A stretch of DNA of 62,785 bases, counting the filler, from Dicyema japonicum (lineage: Eukaryota > Animalia > Dicyemida), in assembly GCA_011109175.1 (NCBI GenBank). It is 8 parts of 8 records of this genome, joined end to end, with 100 filler letters (N's around TTAATTAATTAA, not from the genome) between each part and the next. Parts side by side here need not be neighbours in the genome. Positions count along the whole stretch, not along the records: positions 38,951 to 55,196 come from RDEW01000086.1; positions 55,297 to 58,289 come from RDEW01000210.1; 6 more parts are not named here. One strand, given 5' to 3'. Below are positions 43,560-56,830 of this stretch, one piece after another; the first letter of the stretch is position 1, and every line of letters starts with the position of its first letter. The notes beneath the pieces were generated by a model. The model ran no database searches, was not told where the DNA came from, and saw only the letters and a program-made list of their open reading frames with translations. The translations under genes were made by a program, and so were the position numbers.

Positions 43560-44400
43560 ATGTAGGAAAATAAATCTCTGTGGAAATATTCTGTCACAAG
43601 GCGGCGAAATGGAAAGAAGTAGATATCTTCATAACTCTAACTATTGTTTAAACTGAGGTTCCGTGAATGGGTCTCTTTTGATGGTCTATATTCGAAATCT
43701 TTGGGAGAATGCATCAGAGAGATTTATGAATTCTTTAAAAATCTGATGGTCATTCTACGAGGAGATCTTAACTCCAAGAACAGTACTTTGGTCGTAGGGT
43801 CGACAAGAATGCAGAGTTCCTGGTAAGAGTCTGTACGTCGGAAGGGGTCAATCACTTCTATCTTTTTGGAAGTTACAAGCTTGCCGTGTTCTTAATTTTC
43901 CCCGCTATTACAGAATACGTGGATGTACTGAGTACTCTTCAGGATATTGGCAGCTACCATATTCGCTTCTATTTTCCGTAAATTTGAAGATTGTTAGTGT
44001 TCCCGGAGTCTTTGTTGGCTACGACTATAGGAACGTCGTCACAAAAATTTGAGAAGACGACTAAAAGTCATGCTTCAATGAAGATCGCGTCATTTTTACA
44101 TAAAAACTCAGAAAATGGAAGCCTTGACCTAATAAATCACCTCCTTGGACCACGAGTACTGGGTAAGAGATGTCGCCTGATCTCCTTTAAAAAGTTGTCT
44201 GTGAGTTGAGGTACATCTCAATTTCTAAAAGAGTTATGCTCAAAAACACTGATGGATTTAAAGGAAGTGGTGACTCGATTCTTTTGCTTTCCAGGTCAAT
44301 GTGTGAATCGATGAGAGAGACGTCGAGAAAGGAAAATTGTATGGAGCTAAAAATCCCAAAAATCTGGATGTGGTTCCACCTCAGGCAAAGTAAGTCCGTC
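43560..44400 (+). mobile_element. APE fragment of a jockey/I-like LINE
   Basis: GLYSKSL...VILRGDLNSKN and DIGSYHI, similar to 10898-11131. Confidence 0.5.
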
Positions 44401-45049
44401 CAGTGAGTCCTGGATAACAGTCGGTCTGAAAATGGACCGCAAAACTTGCTGAATTCAGATCCAGAAACCGCAAATGACCATAAAAGTTATTTGCAGGTGC
44501 GAATTCATCCAAAACGCAAGTTCCAATAAAGGTAACAAATAATCAGGTTGATGTAGGATTTACTACACTAGTTTAGGTGGAATAATGACGCACTCGACAC
44601 TGTTTTCAAAAATAATCCTTAATAAATTAAAATAGTCACGTTCTGAGAAAAATCTATCTTTTAAGATTCAAGTTTATGTAGGATTTCGGATGTAGTACAG
44701 AAGGACATTTTTACCTTGAATTGACTAGTGAAGAAGTTGTTAATGTAAGTTTATCCAAATTTATTAAATATTACAATAAGAAGGATTGTTTCACCAGAAA
44801 AGAATTCTTTACGGCCATTTTCCAGGAATAAAGTCATAAGCACTTTAATAATTTGATATAATATATCCGGAATCAATTTTAAATATCCTTGTATGGTCTG
44901 TTTTATATTTCGGAAATAACAAACAATTAGAAAAGATTACTGGAATGAATTTCACAATTAAAAATAACATAAAATACATTTTGAATGTATTTTTAAGATT
45001 AGGTTTAGTTTATTCGTAAGAGTTAATATGTTTTGTTTAAAAATCTTTT

Positions 45050-45192
45050 AGGTAAGAAAAAGAGAAGGGTTATGGCTAAGACAAAAGATTGGAATAGCCA
45101 TACTCCGAGGGAACTCGTTCGCAATCCACGCAGTAGGCTTCTTTAACTGACATTTGTTTAATTGTTAAAAATATTATTTTGTTTAAAAAAAA
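45050..45192 (+). mobile_element. Short 3' end of a CRE-like element
   Basis: KREGLWLRQKIGIAILRGNSFAI, then an AT-rich UTR and A-run. Confidence 0.75.
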
Positions 45193-45387
45193 TTTAGGTA
45201 ATTGAAATATATTTTGTCAGATGAAAATAAAAAAACTGTGGGTGATTTTGTTGGTATTGAACATATTGATTATTTTCTAGAATTATACTGTTATATACCT
45301 CACTGCTTTCTATTTCGGTCTAAGGTTCCACGATGCTACTGGAATTGACGAGTGTGATTTATTACTCCGGAAACGGATTGTCTAGAG

Positions 45388-46982
45388 CAGGGATTCTCAA
45401 CGGCGGCCCGCTTAAAATTATTAAAAAAAATATTACATATTTTACATAATGCAGCCAGATTTTAACTGTGCTTTTTCTTTCTGTTTGTTTCGTACAATAA
45501 ACTTTTTATGGTTAAAATTTTTTTACATATTTTAACTATTGTTTTTAAATTAAATATTTTTTGTATTAAATTTTAATTAATATTGCTTGTGATGTCTGGA
45601 AAACGTGTTAAAAGAAGTAGAAAAATTTTTTGGTTGAGGTGGTGACGTCCCTCTTGAAAAGTATGTCTGAAAAACACGAAAATTGCAACCTAAATGACTT
45701 CTCTCTTTTAACGTTCAATGTCAAAGGACTCTCTAGTGCATGGAAAAGAAAAGAACTTTGTGAAGACCTTTCAAAATACAAGATATCAATCGGATGTCTC
45801 CAAGAGACAAAAATATCGAAGGAGTTTGAAATCTTATACAAGAGAACAGGAACTGAGCCAATATCATGTGAGATTACTGATTCAAGATGGAGGCTCTTTG
45901 GACACATACTCCGCCACGATATGGGGACCCCTGCCAACATAGCAATGGAGGAGTATTTTGTCTTAGAAGCTTCTCGTTTCCGCGGCCGGCCGAGGACAAC
46001 ACTGCCGGTTATTCTAGATGAAGATCTCAGGATACGCTACGGAACATGGCAACGGATCGAAAAGATGGGGGACGTTAATTAGATTGTTAACTTTTCGTGT
46101 TGCACATGCTTTGTCACGATCTTTGCATCGCGTACGTGCCTATAATATAATAAATCATTCAAGAAAATCCTGCATTTAACCCCGAATGCGATGAACAATT
46201 TTTCGTTTTTGAAGAAAATTGCAAAGCAAATTGCCTGATTTGTCATTTTGTTATACGATGTCTTAAGTTATATAATGTCGAGAGGCATTATATGAAACAT
46301 TCTTCGAATATGATTCATATCAAGGTGAATCAAGAAAAATCAAATTTCTATCAAATCAAATCGCAAACTACAAACCACTTTGTTTAAACAGCCCATGTCA
46401 TTAAGATCTGCTACAATAGCTTCTTTCAAAATTTGTCTTCTACTTGCAAAAAATATGAAGCCGTGATTTTAAAGAAGCTCTACCTATTATGAAAATATTT
46501 TCGTCACCTATGGAAATAGATGCTGCAACCGCTCCATATGTATATCAGCTGGAGATAATTGAAATGCAGGCAGATTTACAACTTACCGCGCTATTTAAGT
46601 CAAGTGAACTATTGGATTTTTGGAGTTGAATTCCACAATGGAAATATCCGAACTTGGTCGATAATGCTAAAAAAATGCATCAGTCTTTGGATCAACGTAT
46701 GCATGTGAAGCTCTTTTCAGTAAACTTACGCGAATAAAAAGTAAGTATCGAAATCGATTGACTGATGAACACCTAATTCAACTTTTACGTACATCGTCTT
46801 CGAACTTTACTCCTCGTTTCGATAAAATAGTAGACGCCAAGCAAAATCAAGTCTCACATTGATTCTCTTATTACGTAATAAAGCCTTTTTTCTTTAATCA
46901 AATAAAATATTTTTTGTGCGGCCCGCAAAGATACTCTTAATTATCGATTTGGCCCTTGAGCTAAAAAGGTTGAGAACCCCTG
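45388..46982 (+). mobile_element. Internally deleted hAT (Charlie/SPIN/Buster type) with intact TIRs and 8-bp TSD
   Basis: TIRs CAGGGATTCTCAAC / GTTGAGAACCCCTG; TSD GTCTAGAG at 45380-45387 and 46983-46990; BED-like CLIC...ERHY and dimerisation-domain FGSTYACEALFS...KSKYRNRLTDEHL. Confidence 0.92.
45625..46155 (+). mobile_element. Internally deleted RTE nested in the hAT element
   Basis: 5' hairpin; MSEKH...FNVKGL...GCLQETKI fused in frame to ...RWRLFGHILRH...FRGRPRTTLP; GTGCCTATAATATAAT tail. Confidence 0.85.
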
Positions 46983-47989
46983 GTCTAGAGACTCTCACGC
47001 AAGCAAAAAGTAAAGAAAAATAACTAAAAACACACTCGAATGCGATAGATTAAATTTCATTGTTCATTCTTCTCAAATAAAGTTAAAGTACTGCCTTAGC
47101 TGAGATGAGTAATGGAAACATTACTATTCCTGGCGGAAAGCTAAATTATTACTACAGTCAAATTTCGACTCGGAGAAAACCTCATCGCGTTTTTTGGAAC
47201 ACCATCAGATTCTGGAACACTTGGTAGGATTGGCGTAGAAATGGAAAAGACTCTTTCAGGTCGAAACCTCGATTTGGCACAAAATTAATTATGACGTTTA
47301 ATTTCATAAAGTTGATTTATCCGATATATCCACGATTAGTAAATCATACGCATAAATGAGAATCCTTGAGTTCAGGTTCAGTGGAACCGAAAATTCGCCA
47401 TAAAAGTATTGAATAAAATTAGACTTAAGACCGAGCCATGTGGGACACTAACAAATGATATCCCTTGTGATAAGAACCCCTAACTTTCACGTGTGACTTT
47501 ATAATATTTATAAAGCTCGAGTGAATCCTTTTTCTGATCATTACGGATCAAGATTATAGGATCGACGCCTTGAGTTTTTTCAAGTTGATTCTTGAATATT
47601 GTGGGAACATCCCCCAATAAATATACGCATCCATCTGCATTGTCGAGGAGAATCTTGTTTGTATCCGACCTGGGACTTAGAGCTTCTTACAACTCTTCAA
47701 AAAGGATTGGTTTTTAGGCCTTATAAACTATTTTTTGCTATTTCTATTTTATAATTTAATAAAATTAATAATAAAATTTTATTCGACAAGTTTTTATTAT
47801 TCTTGTTGGTTAATGGGTATCATAAGGTCACGAACACAGAAACACATTTTTATGCCAAGAAATATTTAGAGTTTATAGTCAACACATTGTAAAACCATGA
47901 AACATCTAAAAGGAAAAAGTATTTCATATTTTTTTTATTTTTAGATGACATTATTTGGAACTAATAGACTTAATTGTAAAAAGCAGAGC

Positions 47990-48280
47990 GTGAAGATTAT
48001 TCAATAGAGGAAGTATTTTTGGACCTACAACAGATTCATTTCAAAACAGATCCTTCTAAAGTCAATATATTTCCAAAAATTTCGAATTACTGGGATTTTG
48101 AAAATACTACAATATTCGAATAAGTCTCCCACCATCTGTCTACTGAAACTTATAAGTTATACTGCAAGTTAAGCCTCTTTTGAAAGAGCTATTTCGCTAA
48201 TATTAAAGATACTCACAAAAGGTCGAAATTTAAAAACCGAAAATATTAATGACTATTTGATTTCATTTATAATAAATAGT
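47990..48280 (+). mobile_element. hAT C-terminal dimerisation-domain remnant
   Basis: NYW...ASFE RA.S..LKILTKGRNLKTENINDYL resembles the SSA.xER.FS...L..xN motif. Confidence 0.4.
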
Positions 48281-48328
48281 TTTTAACTACTTGATGTGAA
48301 TTTTTTTTTAAAGTTTGCTATCTTACTA

Positions 48329-51215
48329 CAGTATGACCTCGGTTTGGGGCACCATTAACCGAACCGAAAACCAAATTTATTCCAAAGTAAGTAAGGAGTT
48401 ATTTTTAGGATATTTATACGTGTCCGCCTATGCGGCCTGGACACTTCCGATGTATCCACACTCCATTTAGTTATCTTCTATCGTTTGTTGAATTTCGTCC
48501 TAGTGTTGGATCCCATGAATCCTGCCCTTATATCCAGAGCGTAGTAGGTACAAAGCTAATAAGCCCATCTCCAGTTAATTCTCCCTTAGTAGGTCCCTTC
48601 CCCAGTATGTTTTTTTTCCACAGTAGTCCCAAGCCGCCTTCTAGGGACCAATAATGTGGTTAACAAAGTCTTGCGTAGAACCCAATTCGAATGTAGGGAA
48701 CATTTGGTATAGGTACCCCAGGTAAATCCCAACTCTAGTATGTACATCTACGATAGTCCCAGATCATGTAGGGATCAAAGTCAGCACGATGACAAAGTTG
48801 CGTGTAGACCCAAGTTCGAATGTAGGGATTCAATTGTTGTGGGCACCAGGTCCAACTTGGAGAATATCTAGAGATTTTGACTTTTCGTCTACTGCGCTTT
48901 CAATAGGTTTCTTCGTAATTGTGAATAATCCTTCCGACTTGTGATATGCTTATCCACAGTATAATGGGTTCCATGTAACGGGTTCCTTCGTTAGTAATAA
49001 GTTTATTTGTCTTGAGGAGATTCACTCGGAATGAATAGGTTCCTTCGTTTTGTAGATGGCCCTTGTGATGTGTGTCTTCACATGAAAGCTGCACCAATAA
49101 ATCCAAAAAAAATACTATTAAAAATAATCAGTAATTTTCCCACCGAATTGGTTTTTTTCAGTTCCATACCTCCCTGACAACTGTAATGACTTGTCTAAGA
49201 TTGATATTATTCAGATTAAAATCAGAGCTGTTCTTTTTCAAATATAAGGGTAAAATCAATCAGTTTATTGAAATAGAGGGACTTAAGGATTTTATTATTT
49301 TCATATCTATTGGAAAATAAAGTAAATGAACATTGGAATATTCTACATTTCTGTGACAGCTCGCATTATCCAGTATTAAAACAATTTTTCTGTTTTCATT
49401 GATCATATCTTGATTTACTTTCCATAACCATTTCGCAAAAATATCACTAGTCATCCACGAATTTTTTGAGGCAGCATATAGTAATTTTTTAAACACCGAG
49501 GAGAATTGAATTTTCCAATTAATAGAGGTTTTAACTTTTCACCAAGTGCATTACAACAAAGGAGAAGAAAAACCTTTTCTTTACTCTTTTTAATTCCATT
49601 GCATTTGTCATTAAATTGAACATAAGATTTCGACGGCGTTCGCTTTATGTATAAAGCTGTTTCGTCACAGTTGAAAATATTTTCACTTCCTACAGTTTCC
49701 AAACAGTTGTCATAATCAGAGAAAAAATTGGATACTAAAGAAAGGTCAGATGAATTTTTTTCTCCAGTTATAGTTTTGGATAGCAACTCGTGCCTTTTAT
49801 TGAACCGGTCGAGCCATCCATTCGATGCCTTAAATGATTCATAATTTATTTTTGTAGAACTTTTTTTGCAATGAGTTTTAATATGGTTCCAGAAATTAGA
49901 AGAAATTCATCTCTCAAACGTAGAAAAGTTTCAAAAACTAATCTATCTAGTGTAGACGATTTATCTGTGTAGAAGATTGATTATTTGGATCGCATGATTC
50001 CTTGTTTCGATCACATTCAGTTAATCCTACGTCAAAATAATAAACCAAATTTTGTTTAATGCGAGAAATAGTAGCTGTAATTAATAATTATTTAAAAAAT
50101 ACCTTTGCTCGTTTTATACTTTTTAGCGAGATCTCTTTCTGAAAATTGACCATGTTTTATATCTTTAGCAATTTTAATTTTTGTTTCATAATAAATCTTA
50201 AATCTCTGAGGCCAACCAGCATCGTCTTGCATGCCTCGTGTCCGCCGCCAACCATGGGAGCGGAGCGTGGCTGGATACACTCCCGTCTTCCTCCCTGGGG
50301 ACCCTATTGGACGATGACTGTATTCGGATTGGAATCGCACAACGCCTGGGAGCTGATGTTTGCGTCGAACACCAATGTCGCTGTGGAGGGATCGTCGATG
50401 CCAAAGGGCTGCACCCGCTCTCGTGCAAAAGGAGTGCGGGCAGAGCACCCCGCCATGCTGCTATGAACAACATTGTCTTGCGAGCTCTTGAAGCGGCAGG
50501 CTTCCCGGCAGTATTGGAACCTGTGGGATTGGACCGCGGAGATGGGAAAAGACAGGATGGGTTAACTATCTTTCCGTTCACTGAGGGAAAATCGCTCGTA
50601 TGGGACTGCACTGTTGTGGATTCTTTCTCGAACTCGATGATGCTCAGCTCGGCGCAGTCTGCTGGATCGGCAGCCGATCTGACCGAAAAAATCAAGATTA
50701 AAAAATATGGCGAAATTGGAGACCGCTACCGTTTTGTACCGATAGCAATCGAGACGTCTGGTGCGGCTGGAAGTATTACAGCCTCTTTCCTAAAGGAAAT
50801 CGGGGGAAAATTGGCCCACCGCAAGAAAGACGTGCGGGAAGCAGTCTGGCTGAGGCAAAGAATTGGTATCGCAGTTATTCGCGGAAACGCTTACTCCGTG
50901 ATGTCAGCAGCCGCTCTCCCCTATAGTTAATAAATAATATTTTATTGTTAATAAATTTTTGATTTAAAAAAAAAAATAATAAATCTTTGAATTCTTTTTA
51001 CGAACCATACAAGAATCAAAATACTATTTAATAATTAATAAATAAAATAACATTTTGTTTTTAAATAAATTAAATATGTGCCCCAAACCGGGGTCATCAA
51101 AAATAAATAATATAATGAAAATTGACTGTTTTCAAAAATTGCCCCTAAAAGCGGGGGTGCCCAAAAACCGAGGGTGGACCACCCCTGGGGTCTGCTCCAA
51201 ACCGGGATCGTACTG
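48329..51215 (-). mobile_element. Tigger/pogo DNA transposon with nested insertions
   Basis: TA-flanked TIRs CAGTACGATCCCGGTTTGGAGCA (from 51215, minus strand) and CAGTATGACCTCGGTTTGGGGCA (48329); ATG at 51008; HTH, FKASNGWLDRF, IFNCDETAL, SWMTSDIF and LILDNASCH. Confidence 0.9.
50200..50975 (+). mobile_element. 5'-truncated CRE-like RLE retrotransposon with poly(A) and 12-bp TSD
   Basis: Open 230-aa frame with a CRC-x9-H-x3-C knuckle, RHAAMN, KRQDG...WDCTVVD, KIKKY and FVPIAIETSG; TSD ATAATAAATCTT at 50188-50199 and 50976-50987. Confidence 0.92.
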
Positions 51216-51239
51216 TATTATTATTTTACGGTTGCCCTA

Positions 51240-51720
51240 TGATATTCGCTGAGTAAAGCTCTTCTCTTTTAAAAGTGCCTCTCGAAAATATCCTTTTTCC
51301 AGAGTTGTAAATACGTTAGCATGAGACCAGATATCTCTGTGCTAGTTCTATCTCATCCCATATTAAAGGAATGCTTTTCCACATGCAAAAACTCTTCGAT
51401 AGATAATGACAATAATGATCCCAGTCAATAGCCCATCTGTCGTACTTGAGGAAGACGTCCTCGACGATATCCGCCTCTACGTTTCTAACGAGTTCCTGTG
51501 GGATATGATCGCTTCCTATGTCCCACATAGTTCTCGGTTTACCACATAGATGTGTAGTTGCAGTGACTGGAGGAAGACCCCAAGCTTTTCTCCTCCATAG
51601 TGAGAGAAGTGATTTGGGTTTTCCGACATCAAAACCTTAATCCCAGATCGCTTGGATAAGAGTTCCAAACGTCGACCATCCGGTTAGTTTTATAGCATCC
51701 GTAGCCAAGGTTTTTCGCGT
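51240..51720 (-). mobile_element. APE C-terminal fragment of a jockey/I-like LINE
   Basis: WDIGSDHIP and IDWDHY. Confidence 0.55.
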
Positions 51721-51899
51721 CAAGATCCTTTTCCTCATTTTTAACATGATTCTTTCTTAATATTCACGTCTTTGTGGTATTCGTTAAATGAACATAAAAT
51801 ACCAAGAAAAACTTGAAATAGCTCTTCTCATCGAAAAAATATATTCTCAGATTCTTATCGCAAAAGTTCTGAACGGGCATTGGAACTATAGGTCGAATA

Positions 51900-52450
51900 A
51901 AAAATTATAATGCCACTTGTGATTGGCCGGACTGTTCAAAGACTGAAACTCATGAGAATAATGAAGAAACTAAAGCCTTGATATAAGTATTCCCGTGACG
52001 TCTTCTACCATGGATAGCCACCAAGTCCTGGTCGACCAGGTCTTCCTTTCCGAGTAATATCGCTCAGCATAATGGTCCTTTCCAGAAAATCAGAGCGGAC
52101 AACATGCCCAAAGAACGCCAATCTGTGTTTTGCTATTCTTCCTTTTAACGAAATGTCCGTCTCCACCTGTTTGAGTACATCGGTGTTTGTTCTTTTGGAA
52201 GTCCAAAGGATTTTTAGTAAACTCCTTCATCACCAAAGTTCAAGAACATCAACTTTTCGTCTATCCGCCTTTTTCAGTATCCATGATTCTGCGTCGTATA
52301 GAAAAAACCGAAAAATTGTTGCATCGCTTAAACAAATAGTCTCAAGGGGTCAATATTTTCGAAGAAGGAACATCTGGTGTCCCATTATAGTCGACCCCCT
52401 CAGACTACAAACTCACTTCGCTTCTTTTTTGGCTTCTCTATCTTATCTCT
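51900..52450 (-). mobile_element. RTE/BovB-like 3' fragment
   Basis: AESWILKKADRRKVDVLELW..RSLLKILWT...TNTDVL...LAFFGHVVR...RKGRP. Confidence 0.65.
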
Positions 52451-52654
52451 TTTAATTAGTAACGAGTTTGTTTTTTGGATAATATGTCACATGCGCTGTT
52501 GATGACTATGCGCTAGACGCTACATGTCTATTTTTATTCATTATTATATTATTATTTTAGTAAAAATATATCTTTTTATGTCATGAAATTCTATTTATTG
52601 TTAATTTTCTAAATAATTTAATGTGACCATAACATGTACATAAATGGACATGTT

Positions 52655-53190
52655 GCATATTATTAGGACTTTCACGAGAGCCGTGATATTTATAGCCCCG
52701 CATGTGCAGCCAAAAATATAAGAGAATTAGTTAGCTTGCTCCAAGCTCTTCTGTTCTTAGCTAAATCCCTCAGTGAGTCCAGATCGTCACCAAATGCCAA
52801 TGTTTTCTTCACGGCTTTCAGATCGATTTGTAAAACGACCGGGAGGGTTGTTCTCGGTCTTCAACGAAAGCGTTTTACATTGGAGTAGTAATCTTTTTAT
52901 TGCATTATTTGGGGGGACATCGGGTCCAACCTCAGGACGTGTCCAAAAAGTCTCCAACGAGAGTTTATGATCTCGAGACTTATTGGTGTATAGTCACACT
53001 TATTGTACAGTTTTTTTTCCGCGAGATCTTGTATGACCAGGACATTACAGTTATGCTTCTTAGATGATTCCTGTGAAACGAGTCTAGCCTCTCCGATTCC
53101 TCTTTTGAGGTGCCCCAGGTCCCAATGGTGTATTGGAGGATTGGTTTGATAAAGGTGTCGTACAACATTACAGGTTGCATTATTATTAAA
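52655..53190 (-). mobile_element. 3' end of an RTE LINE, close relative of 13500-14175
   Basis: LYDTFIKPILQY...SRWRLFGHVLRL, then a GGCTCTCGTGAAAGTCCTAATAATA tail. Confidence 0.85.
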
Positions 53191-53214
53191 AAGCACTCCC
53201 GAAAAAACATAAAA

Positions 53215-53615
53215 TTAGTTAAGTTTCCCTTGTGCCGTATTCCGAATCATTCTCTCCGTCAGCTTCGACCATGATCTTCTGTTGCGCACTAGTTCTCTTA
53301 GGTAGTCCAGGTCGTCTGCCATTTCCATTATAATATCAGATGCTGTCCACACTCTTGTAACCATAATGTCGGCAGGCCGACGGGAGGATAAAAAGGTTGA
53401 ATTTTCCAAAAGTACTGTACATTGTAAGGTCGTTTTTGTCTCTTGTAGACAGCAGACAGAGATGTCATATTTGGTTAGATTACATACCAGTTGGTGTTTC
53501 TTGTAAGGTTGATTAAGTCCTCTGCAATTGAAAGATCCAAGAGTGAACGGAGAAGTCGGTAAAGAATACGAATAAGACATAGTGGGATAGAGGTGTCGTC
53601 ACCACCTCAACCAAT
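53215..53615 (-). mobile_element. Internally deleted RTE (APE start joined to the extreme C-terminus)
   Basis: 5' hairpin, MSYSY...FNCRGL...CCLQETK...DDLDYLRELVRNRRSWSKL. Confidence 0.8.
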
Positions 53616-56119
53616 ATACAAGATGCATAAATTATAAAAATAAATATTATCCCATTGTAGAGATATATTTTTATATAAATTTTATTATAATCTTATATTT
53701 TTAATTNTCATATTTGGTTAGATCGCATACCAGTTGGTGTTTTTTGTAATATTGTTTAAGTCCTCTGCAATTGAAAGATCCCAGAGTGAACGGAGAAGTT
53801 TGTAAGGGATACGAATAAGACAGTGCAATAGAGAGTCACCACTTCAATCGAAAACAATAAATATCAGAATTCTTATGCAATTTATAACTTCTAAAAGGCA
53901 ATGGTTTACCAAACAACACAGCAAACTCAAAAACATAGTGCAAAAATTCCAATACTAACAATACATTTGTTTTACTAATGATCTTGATGACGCAATTTTA
54001 TTTGCAAATATATAGCTAAAAATTCGACAAATATGGTTCTTCTGTTCTTTCGAAAACTAAATCCCGTGATATTGTAAAGTTTCTCACTTAACGAACGGTT
54101 TGAAAAATTATTGAAATAATTTCAAATGAAAACATTATTTAATAATCGGCGAAACTGACGAAGGTAGATATAAAAATGTTAATTGTTTTGATGGAACATT
54201 AAGGAATCCCCCAAAAATTAATTGATTGTATTCCGACTGATTTATCCGCTAATTCCACAATTATATGCCAAGTTATTGTTGTTAGTATTAGCAAAGTTAT
54301 TTGAAAAAAGAATTTATATTTATTCCTTATGTTTTCAACAGGAAAAATATTGAAACAGTTGTATAAGAATTTTTTGTTAAACATTTGTGCTTTCCGGGTT
54401 AAATTTCACTATCCGGAGGTGGATAAATTACTATCATATATAAAGGACATTTCAGCAATTATGGAATCAATTGAAATAATAATTTCTCCGTTTGATCACT
54501 GACTGTTAATGGAATAACAGGCAACATCCTGTGAAGTCAAGTCATTTTCAATTCTTCACTAAATGTTAACTAAAGGTAGAGATTTACTACCAGAAAATGT
54601 AAAATCTTATGTCGCGTCCCGTGGTGATGACACGTCCTACCACTGTCAAACCACATGCCAGGTGTCATACTTAACGTGGCTTTGATCATTTTTAATCGTG
54701 TCGGACATATATAATATCTTTTGCCGTTATTCATAAATATTCAACATGTGCTCTATAAAATGTTTATCTCTTTATATGTTAATAATAGGCTCTGTCAAAA
54801 ATATTATAAAATATCAATCCATAGTGAACATTTTAAATGGTGATCCTGTACAGACTCGATTGGAGAGAGTGGTGCTCTTAAGAAGAGAGGGCAGCCACCT
54901 AAAAAACTAGAAGTATTCAGGATAACCCTGATTACTACTTCAGGCCTAATGGAGATGTGTTGGAAGATTACTTGTTTGTTCTGATTCACATAGAAGATCT
55001 CAGTGTCTGGTGACAAACAATAAGTTTTTTGAATTGTGTTCATCCATCGACTTTGCCAATTATGGAAGATGTCCCAAGGCTGTTGAAGCTAACATTGCGA
55101 AGAAAAACAAAATTGACCAAAAAAGGAAAGAATCGAATGGAAAATTATTTCTAAAACGAGAAAATGCCCATAATGGAGAAAGTGAAGTTTCCAAAANNNN
55201 NNNNNNNNNNNNNNNNNNNNNNNNNNNNNNNNNNNNNNNNTTAATTAATTAANNNNNNNNNNNNNNNNNNNNNNNNNNNNNNNNNNNNNNNNNNNNTTTG
55301 GCAGAAGGAATATCGAGAAAAGTGAGCTCGATATAAGATGAAGAGCGTAGATCGAGAAAAGACATCAAAGACGTAATCCATATGTATCCGGTAGAGATGA
55401 TTGGGTTTGATCCAATTTGGGGGAAAATCTGTTAAGAAGAATCCTTTCAATGTCTTTATGCCGAACTTTCCACACCCAAAACAAATAAATCAGAATTGAA
55501 GCTGACGATTTTCTCGTCTAAAATGTCAAAGAAATCTGAGCTTTCATAATGAAGACTTTTGAAATTAGAATAAAGAAATCATTTCTGGCGATATTGTGTC
55601 AATAAAGCTTAATATTCGATTGGATACAGTTTTCTGGGAATCATTATATCTTCAATGTTATGTGACTGCGGGGGGGGGTGATTTTTCTCTCAAGGAGATA
55701 AAAATTATCTTGTTGAAAAAGTCTAAACTAGTTTGCTCTTCGTATGAGATCGACATAAAATTGGATGATGACCAGGAGAACCTACTGAGGCCTATGAGGG
55801 CGAGTGCATAGAAAACGTCATTGAGCGTTGAAACCCAGACTTAGAGAACAAAAAGTGATATCAGGGAGTCTGCTGATTATTATTGTCTATCAAAGATATG
55901 CGGGGACATATTGTGGTTATATGTAATCACTAAATTATGGTTGGATCACAGGAAAGGGAGTATGGATTACTCAAATACACAAATTTAGGGAGAATTTATA
56001 ATTAAGACTCTGGACAGATTTATTGTTGATTTATTTTGTTAAACATTTTAAATTAAAAAATTAATGTTTTATTAATTAGTCCTTTTATATATCACTGATT
56101 AATTTTAGTTAAATAATAA

Positions 56120-56830
56120 GTTTTTGGCTTATGCAGACGATATCGTCTTACCCTCACGGGATCAGAACACCCAAACAGCGACGGAAAGAATACAACACCA
56201 CATATCGACTACTCCAGTGGTTTAATGAAAATCTGATGTCAATCAATACCGAAAAATCTGTTACCTCGACAAAAGATTGTCGAACATGACAATAGAAGTT
56301 ATGCGGAGGGAAGATAATTGCCGTTCAGCAAATGGCAAAAAATATTGGGTCTGACTTTCGATACGCACATGAACTTTTTGAGACATGTCACTAACGTGCT
56401 GAACAAATGTGAGAAGAAAATCAACCTTCTAAAATGCCTAACAGGTCTATGGAAAATTGGTCATCACCCTATACTTAAAACGCTCTACTCACAGTACATC
56501 GAACCATGAATTTCATATGCGTGTACTTCATGGAGACCACTGGCCTCTTATACAAACATCCAGAAAATCTCCGCAACCCAGAAAAGGGCCTTCAAGATAA
56601 CGAAGAGATAGTACACGGGGGAAAACATTAAATCACCGACGCCCATAGAAAAACTAATCAAAAAAACAAGAATGGACACCAATGTCAAAAAGAAAGTGCT
56701 CGTTCGCGACGTACTTGTGTAGATTCAAAGGATCAACACCGAGAAAAAATGAGAGCCTTTATCTAATTCGTCGGGATCACTTAGCTTAGTTTTTCTATTC
56801 AACAGTGGTCTTTGGAATTGATTTAATTCT
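56120..56830 (+). mobile_element. 3' half of a jockey/I/Ingi-like RT element
   Basis: AYADDIV, KILGLTFD and LKTLYSQYIEP.ISYACTSW, then the GGGATCAC...GTGGTCTT 3' stem-loop. Confidence 0.75.
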
